Shown: piece by piece, positions 38,735-49,648 of the stretch | Numbering within the stretch: the stretch's first letter is position 1 | Layout of the letters: every line of letters begins with the position of its first letter | IMG/VR virus record: IMGVR_UViG_3300013713_000001 | Location: 165,110 to 229,109 of that record | Reading direction: 5' to 3' (one strand) | Origin: a virus | Taxonomy: Duplodnaviria; Caudoviricetes | DNA length: 64,000 bases | Notes under the pieces: model-generated | Seen by the model: only the letters and a program-made list of their open reading frames with translations | What the model was told of the DNA's origin: nothing | The model's database searches: none | Program-made: the position numbers and the translations under genes

Positions 38735-41700
38735 TTATGCAACTCGACGTTGATCCATAATGCGTTTGTTGCGGTCCAGTCGAGCATCGTCGATGACTTT
38801 GTCGATCGTCATAGAACGTGCTTGATCTGGTGGGAGGTAACGGGTCAGCTTACGAATCTCTGCTTCCAGACGCAAAGCCAGCAGGTTATCGTTTGTTGTC
38901 AACAGCTCATCCGTAAGGTTGTTGATCTTGCTCCGTACCTTTTGCAGCAGGTGGATGATGTGCGGTTCAGTTTCAGGCGTCTTCACTCCAGCAGCTTCGT
39001 TCATCAGGTTACGGGTTTCGGTCAAGGCCAACCCAGGAGGAATCCCGTACAGCGATTTGTTCATCCCCAACTTAATGAACCAGTAGCTTAGCAGCCACGA
39101 GATAACCAAGTCATCGTGTTGCTTTGAATCGTGGTCGATCCGGTCTGCTTTCAGGCGCAGGTTAATGAGTTCATCCGCCAACTTACCGTACGCCAAGCCA
39201 TACCCAGTGTTTCCCACCGCTTCAATGATCAAGCCGTAAAGTGTCTTACGGGACGACCCGGTGGTCAAGAACCCAAAGTGCTGCTTAAACTTCAGGTAGA
39301 AGTTCTTACTGCGGGTAGCAAAGCCCGTGCGTTTAACCTCCTCGTATTCTTTCTCGTTGTTAACGGTGTCCTGGTAGACCGTGTTGTAGATCCGAGTGAA
39401 GGGGTCCATGCCTTTAGCCGGAAGGGTAATCAGCAGGGTATCGATCATGTGGTGAGCGTAGTTGCGCTCAGGGATCAGCAGGCTGTTGCTGATACACTCC
39501 AGCAGGTCCACAAGAATACTTGCCACGTGGTCCAGGTACGTCAGGGCGTAACGACCCACCCCAACAACCTTCCCGGTCTTCATGCTGCGGATAACAATGG
39601 TGCAGGCGTCCTTGTTGATAGCCGACGAGGTGTCACAGCCGATGAGGAAGAAGTCGTTGTATTCCTTCTTGCACATCTCACCCAGTTCCGCTTGGGTCAC
39701 AAAGAAGTCCATGTAGAGGTTGAAGTCTTTGTACTCCTTGCTCCACACCACATCACGCTTCATGTTGTTGATGGCTTCACGGGTCTGGTCATCAAACAGC
39801 CGGTTTTCACCGTCCTCAACCCACATCAACAGCAAGTCGATTTTGGCCTTGGCTTTACTCAAGTTCAAGTCGTCAATAACCCACTTCACCCAGTCCTTGT
39901 CTTTACCCAACTGCATGTAGTTGTACACCATGGCCAGTTTCGGCGAGGTGGTCTCTACTGGCGAGGCTTTGATCAGCTTGTCGTAGAGATCGCTCTCACT
40001 GTAGCAGTCAAAGAACTTCTCACGCCATTCGGTCGAATCCATCAACCGCTTGAACATGAACTCCCCGCTCGGGTGCAGTGTGGTGTTCGGGGTTGTGATA
40101 TGACTGATCCCGTGTGGGATCCCTTTAGACCGGCACACCGCCATCTCCGTCAACATCGAAGGACCGGAGCCGTCAATGATCAGGTCGATGTACTTGATGT
40201 ACGCAGACTCGTCGTACCAACCAGACCCTACCGTGAGACCCCGTGCCAAGTCGCCTGCTGCGTCAGCGCCCTGTTGCGGAACGTTGATGTAGAGGGTATT
40301 GACTCGATCGTCACCAAAGGCCTTGTAGGTTAACGAGGTCCCCGCATCCTTGTCCTTGTACGTCGAGTTAACGAGGAACTTGGGAATGCTACTTCGGATC
40401 GTCTTAATGGCGTTGACAAACTGAGCCCGGTTATCACTCTTCAGGGTGATGAGGTGAGACGTGTACCCTCGACCCATGATGTAGGTTAACCAGAAGTTGA
40501 TGACCTGAACCGACACCGTGTTGTGCGTTACCATGAAATCATCAGTCACGTACAGGTGCTCAGACGAATCGATCTCGATGCAGGTGGCATCCTCTTCCCA
40601 CAAGTACTTGATCGAACGAACAAACAACGCGTTCACTTCATTTACCGGACGTTCCTGTTCCCGTGTCTTGAAGTAAGGGATGGACTCCGGAAGGGTAATC
40701 TCGATTCCGTTGCCCTTGCTGGCCGCTGTACCGCCCAACCCACGCACCAGGTATTTCAGCTGGGTTCCAATAGCGCGATTTGTAGCGATGTAGACCTTGC
40801 TGTCGCCTACGATACCCCTGCTATCACAAAACGCTTGTAAGAGGCTTATGCGATCTTCCAAGGCACCTTCCAGATAGGTCGCGGGGAGACCCACTTCCTT
40901 ATCGAAGGTAATGGCTTGACCGCCGTCGCGTTTAAAGGTCCACTGCTCCCTGTTCCGATCAACCGTTGTCTGCATGGGCAGGTGATCTTCGATGTAACGA
41001 GCCTGGGCGTCGTTCAAGACATCGAACTGCAGACCGCCAGGTACGTTGCGGGCCGTGGCCATAATCCCCATGACATAGGGGTCAATGAGGTGGTTCTGTT
41101 TTACCCCTTCCTCAGGTTCGATCAAGGGGAATTGCAACACGGCCTTTTGTTTCAGCAGCTGGATCAAATCCGCCGTGGTGTATTCACTCCACAGGTTACG
41201 CTCGTTGATCGTGTCAAGGGAGTTCTTCATTGTCCACAGGTGCTGAGGACCAGCATCGGTGCAACGACCATCGCTCCCGGTGACCCGATAAATCCGCATG
41301 GGACCTTGAGGGTGAACCCCGATCACGCTGGCTTCTTGACCCTGTTGGTCAATGACCTTATCCCCGACGTTCAGATCTCCAATCCGTTTCCAGTGATCCT
41401 TGGGCCGGGTCATCTTGCCCGGTGTCTCTTTAGGGAGCACTCGGACCATACTGCGGTTCGGCTGCGGCTTGCCCTGCTGACGCGGCATGATCATGTGCGT
41501 AGTCACGTGGTTCAGGTAGGACCACATGAAACTGATGTTGCCACGGTTGGCAAGAAACGGCAGACCACTCTTGATCCGACAGACTTCACGCAGGAAGTAC
41601 CAGAAGTTTTCCCGGGACTCTTTGGCGATCATTGTCTTTTGCAGATCGGTCAGGTCTGGGGCATGGGGGTCCACACCCTTCAGCAGGGGGTTGTTCAGCT

Positions 41701-42028
41701 GCAGAATGAAGTAGTAGTTCTTGATCCCCTGGAGGCGGAAGACCTCAGCCGTTCGAAGAAAGGACTCGTTTTTCGTGTCCATATCTGGGGCGGCTTTGTA
41801 CAGGTGGAAGTCTTTCAGAAAACGTGCAGTCCTGATCCCCCACAAGCTATCTTCCTTGTAGTGGGCCATGAGGGTTTCTTCTTCAGTACGTTTCTCAGAG
41901 TCAATCCGGAGACGCTTGTCATCCTGAAGCTTTTTGGTCAGGTTTGTGACACCTAAGTATTTCTTTAACTTTTCAGCAAATTCCAGCGTACGCGCGTAGT
42001 CTTCTACGGTATCAGTAGCGGTTGACAT
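38735..42028 (-). CDS. terL: Terminase large subunit (phiKZ gp25-like), intein-containing precursor
   Basis: ENFWYFLRE, Walker A PRQQGK|T split by the intein, RGLT, Walker B WYDESAY, ITTP, nuclease IGCDTS, IPERN and HDDLVISWLL. 781 aa after splicing. Confidence 0.92.
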   Translation of the reverse strand: MSTATDTVEDYARTLEFAEKLKKYLGVTNLTKKLQDDKRLRIDSEKRTEEETLMAHYKEDSLWGIRTARFLKDFHLYKAAPDMDTKNESFLRTAEVFRLQGIKNYYFILQLNNPLLKGVDPHAPDLTDLQKTMIAKESRENFWYFLREVCRIKSGLPFLANRGNISFMWSYLNHVTTHMIMPRQQGKPQPNRSMVRVLPKETPGKMTRPKDHWKRIGDLNVGDKVIDQQGQEASVIGVHPQGPMRIYRVTGSDGRCTDAGPQHLWTMKNSLDTINERNLWSEYTTADLIQLLKQKAVLQFPLIEPEEGVKQNHLIDPYVMGIMATARNVPGGLQFDVLNDAQARYIEDHLPMQTTVDRNREQWTFKRDGGQAITFDKEVGLPATYLEGALEDRISLLQAFCDSRGIVGDSKVYIATNRAIGTQLKYLVRGLGGTAASKGNGIEITLPESIPYFKTREQERPVNEVNALFVRSIKYLWEEDATCIEIDSSEHLYVTDDFMVTHNTVSVQVINFWLTYIMGRGYTSHLITLKSDNRAQFVNAIKTIRSSIPKFLVNSTYKDKDAGTSLTYKAFGDDRVNTLYINVPQQGADAAGDLARGLTVGSGWYDESAYIKYIDLIIDGSGPSMLTEMAVCRSKGIPHGISHITTPNTTLHPSGEFMFKRLMDSTEWREKFFDCYSESDLYDKLIKASPVETTSPKLAMVYNYMQLGKDKDWVKWVIDDLNLSKAKAKIDLLLMWVEDGENRLFDDQTREAINNMKRDVVWSKEYKDFNLYMDFFVTQAELGEMCKKEYNDFFLIGCDTSSAINKDACTIVIRSMKTGKVVGVGRYALTYLDHVASILVDLLECISNSLLIPERNYAHHMIDTLLITLPAKGMDPFTRIYNTVYQDTVNNEKEYEEVKRTGFATRSKNFYLKFKQHFGFLTTGSSRKTLYGLIIEAVGNTGYGLAYGKLADELINLRLKADRIDHDSKQHDDLVISWLLSYWFIKLGMNKSLYGIPPGLALTETRNLMNEAAGVKTPETEPHIIHLLQKVRSKINNLTDELLTTNDNLLALRLEAEIRKLTRYLPPDQARSMTIDKVIDDARLDRNKRIMDQRRVA
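40520..41467 (-). mobile_element. Class 3 intein (316 aa, Pro1) with degenerate LAGLIDADG domain
   Basis: Begins PQPNRSMV after GK and ends LYVTDDFMVTHN before Thr+1. Block B HLW, block F ATCIEID and block G VTHN form the WCT triplet. Removal restores PRQQGKTVS. Confidence 0.88.
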
Positions 42029-42053
42029 AATCTGAATCCCTCTAAAAGGTATC

Positions 42054-42084
42054 CTAACCCTCTGCCCTTAGGGCAGAGGGTTAG
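42054..42084 (-). terminator. Intergenic hairpin
   Basis: CTAACCCTCTGCCC-tta-GGGCAGAGGGTTAG, 14-bp stem. Confidence 0.7.
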
Positions 42085-42102
42085 TTTGACATAAAATTCA
42101 CA

Positions 42103-43830
42103 TCACGCTGCGTTGATCGTTACTGCCGAGCAAGCCAGCTGCAGTTCAACGCCCGCTGCGTTACGGCTCACCCACTGTACCAGCCAGGTTTGACCGTGTT
42201 GCAGTTCGATACCGATGCCGTTGGTCTGGTTCCACTGATCCACCGAGAACAACCATTTGCGACCGTCGGTTGGGTGGGTCATGTAGAAGTGCGTTGGGTC
42301 TGGGGCCTTGTCCTCGTCGAAGCGGTTGTAACTTGGGGAGACCCCGCGGTACATCCCTTCCAGCCACGCCGCCTTGTTGGCAAAGCCGTTCGTCAGGTTG
42401 AACTTGGTATTGATACCCGCGTTCGTTACCTGGGCAAACTTGTCGCCAAACATCGGAGCGTTTTGAGTAAAGGACACTTCCCAGCGCTTGCCACTGCCCG
42501 TGATCGGTGCCCTGAGCACAATCGAGGTGTACTGCTTGAACGTAATCGACGCGTTCAAGACAGAGACGTCCCGCAGGTTCAGGTTGAAGATCAGCATCTG
42601 GGAGATCCCATACGCTGTGGGACGCCAAGGCTGGCTTTGCTGGTTGAACGTCACGAACTCTGTAACGTCAATGGCGTAGCGACGGTCCAGGTCATAGAGC
42701 CAATGCTTCAGGCTATAACCACTGATGACAGGATCCCAGACCGGGAAACTGTACAGTTTTGGCGACCAAGCCCCTTTAACCGGTCCTGCTTCGATCCGGT
42801 AGGTCCGTTTCTTGAAGTTGGGGTTACCGGCTTCAGCAATGGAGTGCTGTTCGTTTGCACCGAGAGCGCGGGTCAGAATGATCTCGCCCGATTGACCTGG
42901 CCAGGTAGGACGGTATTCCGACAGACCAATGAGGTTGAACGGCGGAGCGTTAACCGGCATGGCTTCAGAGGAGCTACCATCCGAGTAGTGCGCAATGGCA
43001 CGAAGTTCCACCGCGGGGATCACCACGTTGATCGGAACTACCAACAGTTCAGGATCAGTGGTGTTCGTGAACCATGGGGTGACGAGTTCGATGTCATCGA
43101 TCATCTTCACGCCGAGCTGGTGGTCCTTCATGTAGGACGAATGCTGCACCCGCAGCAGTTGCGCCGGAGGAATGAAGTTATCACCCTCGTCAAAGAAGAC
43201 CAGGTAGCAACGGGAACCATTCGGCAGGGCTTCTTCGTTTTCAGTCACCGAGAAGGAACCCGTCGTCATGATGCTGACGTTTGTACGGTCCACGATCTCT
43301 GCCAGCTTACACGGAACCGTCTTGCTGGTAATGACCATCTGCGGGTTGTACTGAACGCTGATCAGCTCACTTTCTTCAGCCCGGTTACCTTTGTAGACTT
43401 TGGCGTACGCCGCACCGGGACGCATGATGGTGCTGTCAACTTTGGCAACATTGGGACGCTGGGTGTAGTCGATCGAGAGCAGGGCTTCACCCAACATCGG
43501 ACCACCCTTCAGACCAAAGATCCAATCCTGCTCAGTGGTCTGGGAGGCATCGCCGTTGATCATGTTCCAGGGGACAAGCGTGGACTTGTTCGTGGCTTCA
43601 ATATCAACGTGGGCTACCCGCAGGATCACCCCGTTGGGAACGTCGTGCACGAGCCAGTTCTCTTTCGGGACGACGTAACGTTTGATATCTTCGACCGGGT
43701 GAATGTCAGGATCGTAGATGTCCTGGATGTGGAGCATAAACGGTTGGAAGCGTTCACCGACGTTGGCCAGGGCGAGGTCAGTCGCCCCCACGGCACGTTC
43801 GGCAGAAGTACTGGGAGAATCACCGTACAT
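42103..43830 (-). CDS. Virion structural protein (phiKZ gp26-like)
   Basis: 575 aa, beta-rich; position next to the terminase matches the gp25-gp30 block. Confidence 0.7.
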   Translation of the reverse strand: MYGDSPSTSAERAVGATDLALANVGERFQPFMLHIQDIYDPDIHPVEDIKRYVVPKENWLVHDVPNGVILRVAHVDIEATNKSTLVPWNMINGDASQTTEQDWIFGLKGGPMLGEALLSIDYTQRPNVAKVDSTIMRPGAAYAKVYKGNRAEESELISVQYNPQMVITSKTVPCKLAEIVDRTNVSIMTTGSFSVTENEEALPNGSRCYLVFFDEGDNFIPPAQLLRVQHSSYMKDHQLGVKMIDDIELVTPWFTNTTDPELLVVPINVVIPAVELRAIAHYSDGSSSEAMPVNAPPFNLIGLSEYRPTWPGQSGEIILTRALGANEQHSIAEAGNPNFKKRTYRIEAGPVKGAWSPKLYSFPVWDPVISGYSLKHWLYDLDRRYAIDVTEFVTFNQQSQPWRPTAYGISQMLIFNLNLRDVSVLNASITFKQYTSIVLRAPITGSGKRWEVSFTQNAPMFGDKFAQVTNAGINTKFNLTNGFANKAAWLEGMYRGVSPSYNRFDEDKAPDPTHFYMTHPTDGRKWLFSVDQWNQTNGIGIELQHGQTWLVQWVSRNAAGVELQLACSAVTINAA

Positions 43831-43853
43831 AATGTTTTCCTCAGATAACGCCG

Positions 43854-46469
43854 TTAGCGGATGTTATCGTTCACTTGGAAGTGACCTTCAATATGACACA
43901 CGGAATCCAGGAACAATCGGTTGACCTGACGGATAAAGACCAGTTCATCAGACGTCACGGTTTGGATCCCGTAGTTGGCGTAAGGCAAGACAGCAAAGTA
44001 ACGCAAATCAAACTTGCGGGGAATCGGGTCGTACTTCAGCCACCAGAGGTAGGCTTTGATTTGCTCCCTGACGTACTGGTCACTGTACCCTTCTTCCAAC
44101 GTTTTCAGTTTCGGGATAATGAGCAACCGGTTAAGGATGGCGTTAACAACCACACTCAAGAACGGACTAAAGAGTCGGTACTTGTCCTGCTGGTTTGGAA
44201 CGACCGCATTCTTGTTTGGCTTGGTAGCGTACAAGGTCATGTAATCGCCGATGCGCTTGTCACTTACCTGAGCATCATCGTAACCTGCAAAGTTGTCGTA
44301 ACCCTCTGCATACCATACAGGGGTGTAGGTGTGCTTCACCATGTACGGCAAGCCGTTCAAGGTATCGAACAGATTGCTTGGAGAGGTCTTTTCCGCACAT
44401 GGCACATCACTGGTCAGGAACAGTCGCCCACCAATAACCGTACGGGTCACGCGATCATCCCGCAGGTTGTACCGTTCGAAACGCCCGATAACACCACCGT
44501 CAACAAAGCCCAGCTCGGTCTTACGTACCGGAAGCTTCTGGTCAGGACCAAACTGATCGGCACGGAAGGTGATCTGCTGAGCACCCTCTTTGATGAACTG
44601 TTTGTTGATGATGTAGAAATAACCATCCTCAAAGAACCAGTCCACATTGTCGATCAACGGATGACCGTTCAACCACAGCGAATAGTTGGCAAAGGCCGTT
44701 GGGAAGATGAGACCACCGCCGTCGTAGATGTGCGTCTGGGCAAAGCTCAAGCTGTGGTCGATGTGATCCAGCTCAAACGTGTAACCCAAACACTTGGTGT
44801 TGAACAGCAACACCCCACGCTGGTTAACCGCATCCAGTTTCTTCCAGAGCAGTGTGCCGTTCTCAATGGTGTACACCGAACTGTCACCGGTCACGTCCAC
44901 CATCTCACCCGCAAGTGCCTGGTTAACAATGCTCCAATTGGACACATAGACCCGAACATTTACCAATGGATCGACGGGGGTAGACCCGTTCACCACTTTG
45001 TAGTCGACGTTCCGTCCAGCGGTCCCAAGGGTAAACTCGACCATCTTGCACTTCGCGTACTTTGGAACAAAGTACAAGCGATTGGTCATGTTCCACCAGC
45101 CCAGTAGCTTGCCGTCAGCGTCGTACTCCCACGCACTGCATGCGGTCCGATAGGAGACAGGGATTTCAATGCCCAAGGTACCCGGCACGTAATCCACCTT
45201 TACAGGGGTGTTACTCACCACCAACGCCGAAGCGTTGTACCCCAGGGCTTTCGTTGCCTTCTCCCGGTCGAGTCCACGGAACTGTTCCCGAGTAAAGGTC
45301 ATGGCTGACCCTTGTTCAAGGTTTGAAGCTGCCCATTCAGGAACCGTTGCCCGAGCACCGGTCATGGCGCGGAGGATATCCGCATCAGGCAAGCGGTACA
45401 GGTAACGAACCCGGTTGGCTTCCCACGGCCACTGGTACGCCCAGTCGGTTTTACGCACCAGGACAAGGATCCGGTCATTGGCCAAGGTTTTCAGGTCAGG
45501 GTGTTGTCCGCTGGCAATCTGAAGATCGTAGTCCGAGATCGCCACGTCCGCATGGGTCAACTGACGGATCGACCGTTCACTGTTCCGATGGAAATACAAC
45601 CCGAAGTTCTTTGGACCCAAGACAAAATAGTCGTTGTCGTCAAAGTAACGGAACGAGAAGTCATCAGCCACTTTTGGCGGATGGATGATGAGCTTGCGGA
45701 CGTTATCCAACTCACTGTAGTAACCAGGGAGTTGGTTGTAGCGGTACAGCTCCGTTCGGATCACCGTTGGATCGTGAGCGATCTCCACCACGTCACCAAG
45801 CACGAGCCCAGGAATCTGGTTAGGAGCCCCGTGGAAGTAGACCCCGTTGTGGTAGACAAAAGTAAAGCCGGGCTGCTTCTTGTAGGCGTTGTAACGTGCC
45901 GTAAAGGTTGACAGCTCATTAGGGAACTCGTACAGCATGCTCTCGTAAGCGAACGGGTTGTTGGCCGGCACCAGGGCTTCTTCATTGCGGGACACAGGAA
46001 CTGTTGGGGTGTAGACCCGAAAGAACATCTCCATCTCGATGGGAACTGGAAACGTCTTCAACTTTTCAAGTGCAATAAAGGTCAACCCGTCATAAGTGCA
46101 CATGACCCAGGCATGAGCCGTGCTGTAGGAATAACCAAAGGTGTTGTGCACCTTAACCATCACACCCCGAAGGGCACAGAGGTCGGCCAGGTTTACCCAA
46201 CGGTCCAGCGGGTTACGACGGATGCGGTTGGTCTTGAAGTTCCAGAAGCCTGGGTCAAGACCACCTAGGGTAAAGACGTGGAACAGTTTGCCTTTCTTTG
46301 GCAAATCCCGCCACGCCTCCATATAACCAAAGTTGTCAACGTTACCGTAGTAGTCAGACAGTCGAGCCATCTTGACCTGGTGTTGGCGGTTCTCTTCGGG
46401 ATTCCCCCACAGATTCTTGAGGGCGAAGTCCAACAACGGATTGTTGGAGTCAAACGCAACAATGCTCAT
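43854..46469 (-). CDS. Virion structural protein (phiKZ gp27-like)
   Basis: 871 aa; N-terminal ALKNLWGNPEENRQH and RQLTHAD motifs; synteny. Confidence 0.72.
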   Translation of the reverse strand: MSIVAFDSNNPLLDFALKNLWGNPEENRQHQVKMARLSDYYGNVDNFGYMEAWRDLPKKGKLFHVFTLGGLDPGFWNFKTNRIRRNPLDRWVNLADLCALRGVMVKVHNTFGYSYSTAHAWVMCTYDGLTFIALEKLKTFPVPIEMEMFFRVYTPTVPVSRNEEALVPANNPFAYESMLYEFPNELSTFTARYNAYKKQPGFTFVYHNGVYFHGAPNQIPGLVLGDVVEIAHDPTVIRTELYRYNQLPGYYSELDNVRKLIIHPPKVADDFSFRYFDDNDYFVLGPKNFGLYFHRNSERSIRQLTHADVAISDYDLQIASGQHPDLKTLANDRILVLVRKTDWAYQWPWEANRVRYLYRLPDADILRAMTGARATVPEWAASNLEQGSAMTFTREQFRGLDREKATKALGYNASALVVSNTPVKVDYVPGTLGIEIPVSYRTACSAWEYDADGKLLGWWNMTNRLYFVPKYAKCKMVEFTLGTAGRNVDYKVVNGSTPVDPLVNVRVYVSNWSIVNQALAGEMVDVTGDSSVYTIENGTLLWKKLDAVNQRGVLLFNTKCLGYTFELDHIDHSLSFAQTHIYDGGGLIFPTAFANYSLWLNGHPLIDNVDWFFEDGYFYIINKQFIKEGAQQITFRADQFGPDQKLPVRKTELGFVDGGVIGRFERYNLRDDRVTRTVIGGRLFLTSDVPCAEKTSPSNLFDTLNGLPYMVKHTYTPVWYAEGYDNFAGYDDAQVSDKRIGDYMTLYATKPNKNAVVPNQQDKYRLFSPFLSVVVNAILNRLLIIPKLKTLEEGYSDQYVREQIKAYLWWLKYDPIPRKFDLRYFAVLPYANYGIQTVTSDELVFIRQVNRLFLDSVCHIEGHFQVNDNIR

Positions 46470-46475
46470 AGGCGG

Positions 46476-47357
46476 TTACCGGTTCAGGTCATAGGTGTAA
46501 TCAATGTTCCTCCAGTACGCTTCCAGAGCAGCTTGGCCTGCGTACTTGGGATCGAACGCCATACCCATAGGGGTTTTGTTCAGCAACTTGAAACGAGACG
46601 CGCCGTACGCAAAAGCCGACAGCAGGCAAGGGGCTTCAACCGCTGCACCAACTACTGGACCTTTCAACGCGGTAAAGACAATCGACGAGGCCAGGGCCAT
46701 AAAGTCTTTCAGGTCTACCCCTTTCAGCTTGTAGAGAACAGGGTTCTTCTGCACCGCTTTCAGCAGGTCTTCCAGGTTCCGCAGGTGACCGACGTCTTCG
46801 ATAACCCCGAGGGTAAAGTCAGCTTGCCAGTTGTAGACGGTACGAACGACGTTTTGCCCTACGAGCGTGAGGTCAGTGCCTTCTTGTTCCATAAGGCAAA
46901 CCACGTAGTAGACCAGCAAGACCTTTAAGACTTTGGTCTCGTCAGTGTTGAGTGTAGCCCGACTGCTGATACGGGAAGCGAAGCCCTCGGCAAACCCACG
47001 AGCGGTCATCGGACGCATGGTCTTCAAGGTACTAAGCTTCATGTTTGCCGCGTCCTGCTGGAGGAACGCGCAAAGCTTCATGATCTGGATGTCGTTCGTG
47101 TTTGTCGGACGGTTTTGGGTGTCGCGGTAGGGGCGCTCGTCGTAAACCGTGATGGTTTCCCGGGTGTGGGTCTGCAGGGTGATGGGAAACGCCAACGCCG
47201 AGAAAGGAACGTTGTTAGCAAAGGTCAGAACGAAAACATCTTTCTTGCTGGTAGGGGTCAAGTTCTGCTTCATGTGCAAAAGCTTGATCGTCTCGTCTAC
47301 CCGATGCAGCGATCGAAGCACTCGACCAGCGGTGGAATCATAGGCATTGATGAGCAT
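46476..47357 (-). CDS. Virion-associated protein (phiKZ gp28-like)
   Basis: Start placed at ATG 47357 (MLINAYD) by AAGGA RBS; divergent from the sheath gene. Confidence 0.7.
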   Translation of the reverse strand: MLINAYDSTAGRVLRSLHRVDETIKLLHMKQNLTPTSKKDVFVLTFANNVPFSALAFPITLQTHTRETITVYDERPYRDTQNRPTNTNDIQIMKLCAFLQQDAANMKLSTLKTMRPMTARGFAEGFASRISSRATLNTDETKVLKVLLVYYVVCLMEQEGTDLTLVGQNVVRTVYNWQADFTLGVIEDVGHLRNLEDLLKAVQKNPVLYKLKGVDLKDFMALASSIVFTALKGPVVGAAVEAPCLLSAFAYGASRFKLLNKTPMGMAFDPKYAGQAALEAYWRNIDYTYDLNR

Positions 47358-47475
47358 GGGCGGTAATTCCTTAAATAACATGTTATGTGTTAAGTGCAAA
47401 TGACACAGTAAGAGCCTAAAAATTGGGTGCATACGATTGCTTCACCCACCAATTTCATCACGAGGCTGACTCGAT

Positions 47476-49638
47476 ATGAGTATTTTCAACCAGATCGTCC
47501 CTGGGCAGGTGATCAACAACGGGATGAATGATGTCTCCGTCCCGGAGTATGACGTCACCATCGCCAAGGCACCGTTGCATCTTCCCGTTATTTGCGGTAT
47601 GTCTCCTATCGGAGGTTTGGCCTCGGAAGTGGGTACCCAGTGGGTTCCACTGAAAGACTTCGCCAAGACCTTCGGCAACATCCTCGATCCTGAAACTCCG
47701 TACTACGGCCCCATCGGTCGTCTGATCTCCGCACTCGCTGCCGGCGGTCAGGGTACCATCGGTTTCCGTCGCATGGCGGCGAACAACGTCAAAGCCCGTG
47801 CGGCGGTGGCAGCCTTCGTCTCCAAGGTTGACCAGCAGCAGTACACCCGTGACGCCTCCGGTCGTTTCAAGTACGACGCCCAAGGCGCGCGTATTCCAGT
47901 GGTGGGTGAAAAGATCCCGGGTCTGAACATCCAGATCAAGCTGGAAGACATCACCGGCAAGAAACCCGGTGAGCTGGAAGTTCGTACCATCGCTGCAGCG
48001 GGCGACACCCCAGAGACCGTGGTTTACCCACTGTTCGAGGCCATGGCCGGTGTGGGTGACGAGTACAACCGCAACGGTTTCCAGTTCGGCGTGCAGAACA
48101 CCAACAACTCCTGGCGTTCGGTGTCTGACTTCGTTCGCAAGACCGGTGTGTTCCCGTTCCAGCTGAAAGAGTTCACCGACTCCAAGACTGGTACCCGTAC
48201 CTTCTCGAAGGCGCCTGCCACGAGCAACGAAGTGGTTCCGGCCACCCTGTTCGACGTGACCCATAACAAGGTCAAGTACGGCCTGGACACCGCGTTCCGT
48301 ACCTTCACCGGTACGAACATCAACCGTCCTCAGCGCGCGATCCCGGCGCCGATCAACGGCACCATCGTCTACCAGGACAACATCACCGCGCTCTGCCAGC
48401 TGATGTACTTCATCGAAAAGCCCGTCAACGACAACCTCGTTGAGTCCGGCAAGCCGGGCGAGCAGTACAAGCAGATGAACCCGTTCACCTGCCTGGACCA
48501 CACCGGTGCTCCGTACTACGCGATCTCCAGCTCGGGCGTAATGAAGTGGGACCTCACCGGTTCCGTCAAAGTGTCGGGTGGGATCTCGCCGTTCTACACC
48601 GCCGAAGGCAAGCTGCCGGAAGGCACCATCGCCGAGAACATTCCGGATCCGTTCGGTCTGTTGAAAGACATCGAGCTGCCGATCACCGTCAAGCAGGGCT
48701 GGGACATCACCAACCGGCTCATGGTTTCCGACCTGACCACCTACGTGGAAAGCTCGGCGCAGAAAGACGTGACGCGTAACCGTCAGTCGATCTGGTGGGA
48801 CGTTGGCTTCTACCAGGAAGTCAAAGAAGTGGCCGATCGTTACCTCGGTGCCCGTAAGGACATCTTTGTCCAGCAGGACGCGACCATCTGGACCCCAGGT
48901 GCTGCGAACCCACTGGAAGAAGTCTACGGCCGCGCGGACATGTGCAGTACCAACCTGCAAATGACGCCTGAGTCGGAGAAGTGGGGTACCCCGGCGTGCC
49001 GTGCGGCGGTGAACAAGGCTGAGATCCGTCTCACCGGTGAACCGACTGGCTGGTACTTCTCGGCGAACATCGACAAGGCGCACAAGTACGCTGGCTACGC
49101 CGGTGCTGACGGTGGTGTGCTGAACGTGTCGAAAGCCCCTGATACCGGTAACAACCGCAAGGTGACCATCGGTTACGACTCGACCATCGTGTTCGAGACG
49201 CCTGAAATCCAGGCAGACGGTTTCGCCAAGGGCCACACCACGCTCATCCCGTGGGACTGGAACGACCAGGTCTACCGCCCAGGTCTCCCGACCGTTCACA
49301 CCAGCCCTGACTCTGTCCTCAAGGACGAGATCAACGTCTTCAACTGCATCTGCATCGAGAAGATCTCGGCTGACCAGTGGAAACGCGTAGTGGGTGACCG
49401 CAGCCTGGACCAAGGTTCGTACGAAGCCATCATGAAGGATTCCATCGAGGAAGAGTGCCGTACGTCGCTCGGTGGTGCCGTGGCAGGTATCGTGGCGGAA
49501 ACGTCCTACGACACCGGTCAGGAAGGTGACCTCGCCATCTTGAATGTGGTCGTTCACGGCTACTTCAACAAGGCGAAGTACATGATGGAATTCGACCTCT
49601 ACGCCCACAACAGCAACGAACTGAACAGTTCGAACTGA
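47476..49638 (+). CDS. Contractile tail sheath protein (phiKZ gp29-like)
   Basis: 720 aa with very strong codon bias; PLHLP, SIWWDVGF, PESEKWGTPACRA and PTVHTSPDSVL motifs; followed by the tube gene. Confidence 0.88.
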   Translation: MSIFNQIVPGQVINNGMNDVSVPEYDVTIAKAPLHLPVICGMSPIGGLASEVGTQWVPLKDFAKTFGNILDPETPYYGPIGRLISALAAGGQGTIGFRRMAANNVKARAAVAAFVSKVDQQQYTRDASGRFKYDAQGARIPVVGEKIPGLNIQIKLEDITGKKPGELEVRTIAAAGDTPETVVYPLFEAMAGVGDEYNRNGFQFGVQNTNNSWRSVSDFVRKTGVFPFQLKEFTDSKTGTRTFSKAPATSNEVVPATLFDVTHNKVKYGLDTAFRTFTGTNINRPQRAIPAPINGTIVYQDNITALCQLMYFIEKPVNDNLVESGKPGEQYKQMNPFTCLDHTGAPYYAISSSGVMKWDLTGSVKVSGGISPFYTAEGKLPEGTIAENIPDPFGLLKDIELPITVKQGWDITNRLMVSDLTTYVESSAQKDVTRNRQSIWWDVGFYQEVKEVADRYLGARKDIFVQQDATIWTPGAANPLEEVYGRADMCSTNLQMTPESEKWGTPACRAAVNKAEIRLTGEPTGWYFSANIDKAHKYAGYAGADGGVLNVSKAPDTGNNRKVTIGYDSTIVFETPEIQADGFAKGHTTLIPWDWNDQVYRPGLPTVHTSPDSVLKDEINVFNCICIEKISADQWKRVVGDRSLDQGSYEAIMKDSIEEECRTSLGGAVAGIVAETSYDTGQEGDLAILNVVVHGYFNKAKYMMEFDLYAHNSNELNSSN

Positions 49639-49648
49639 GGACTGATAA

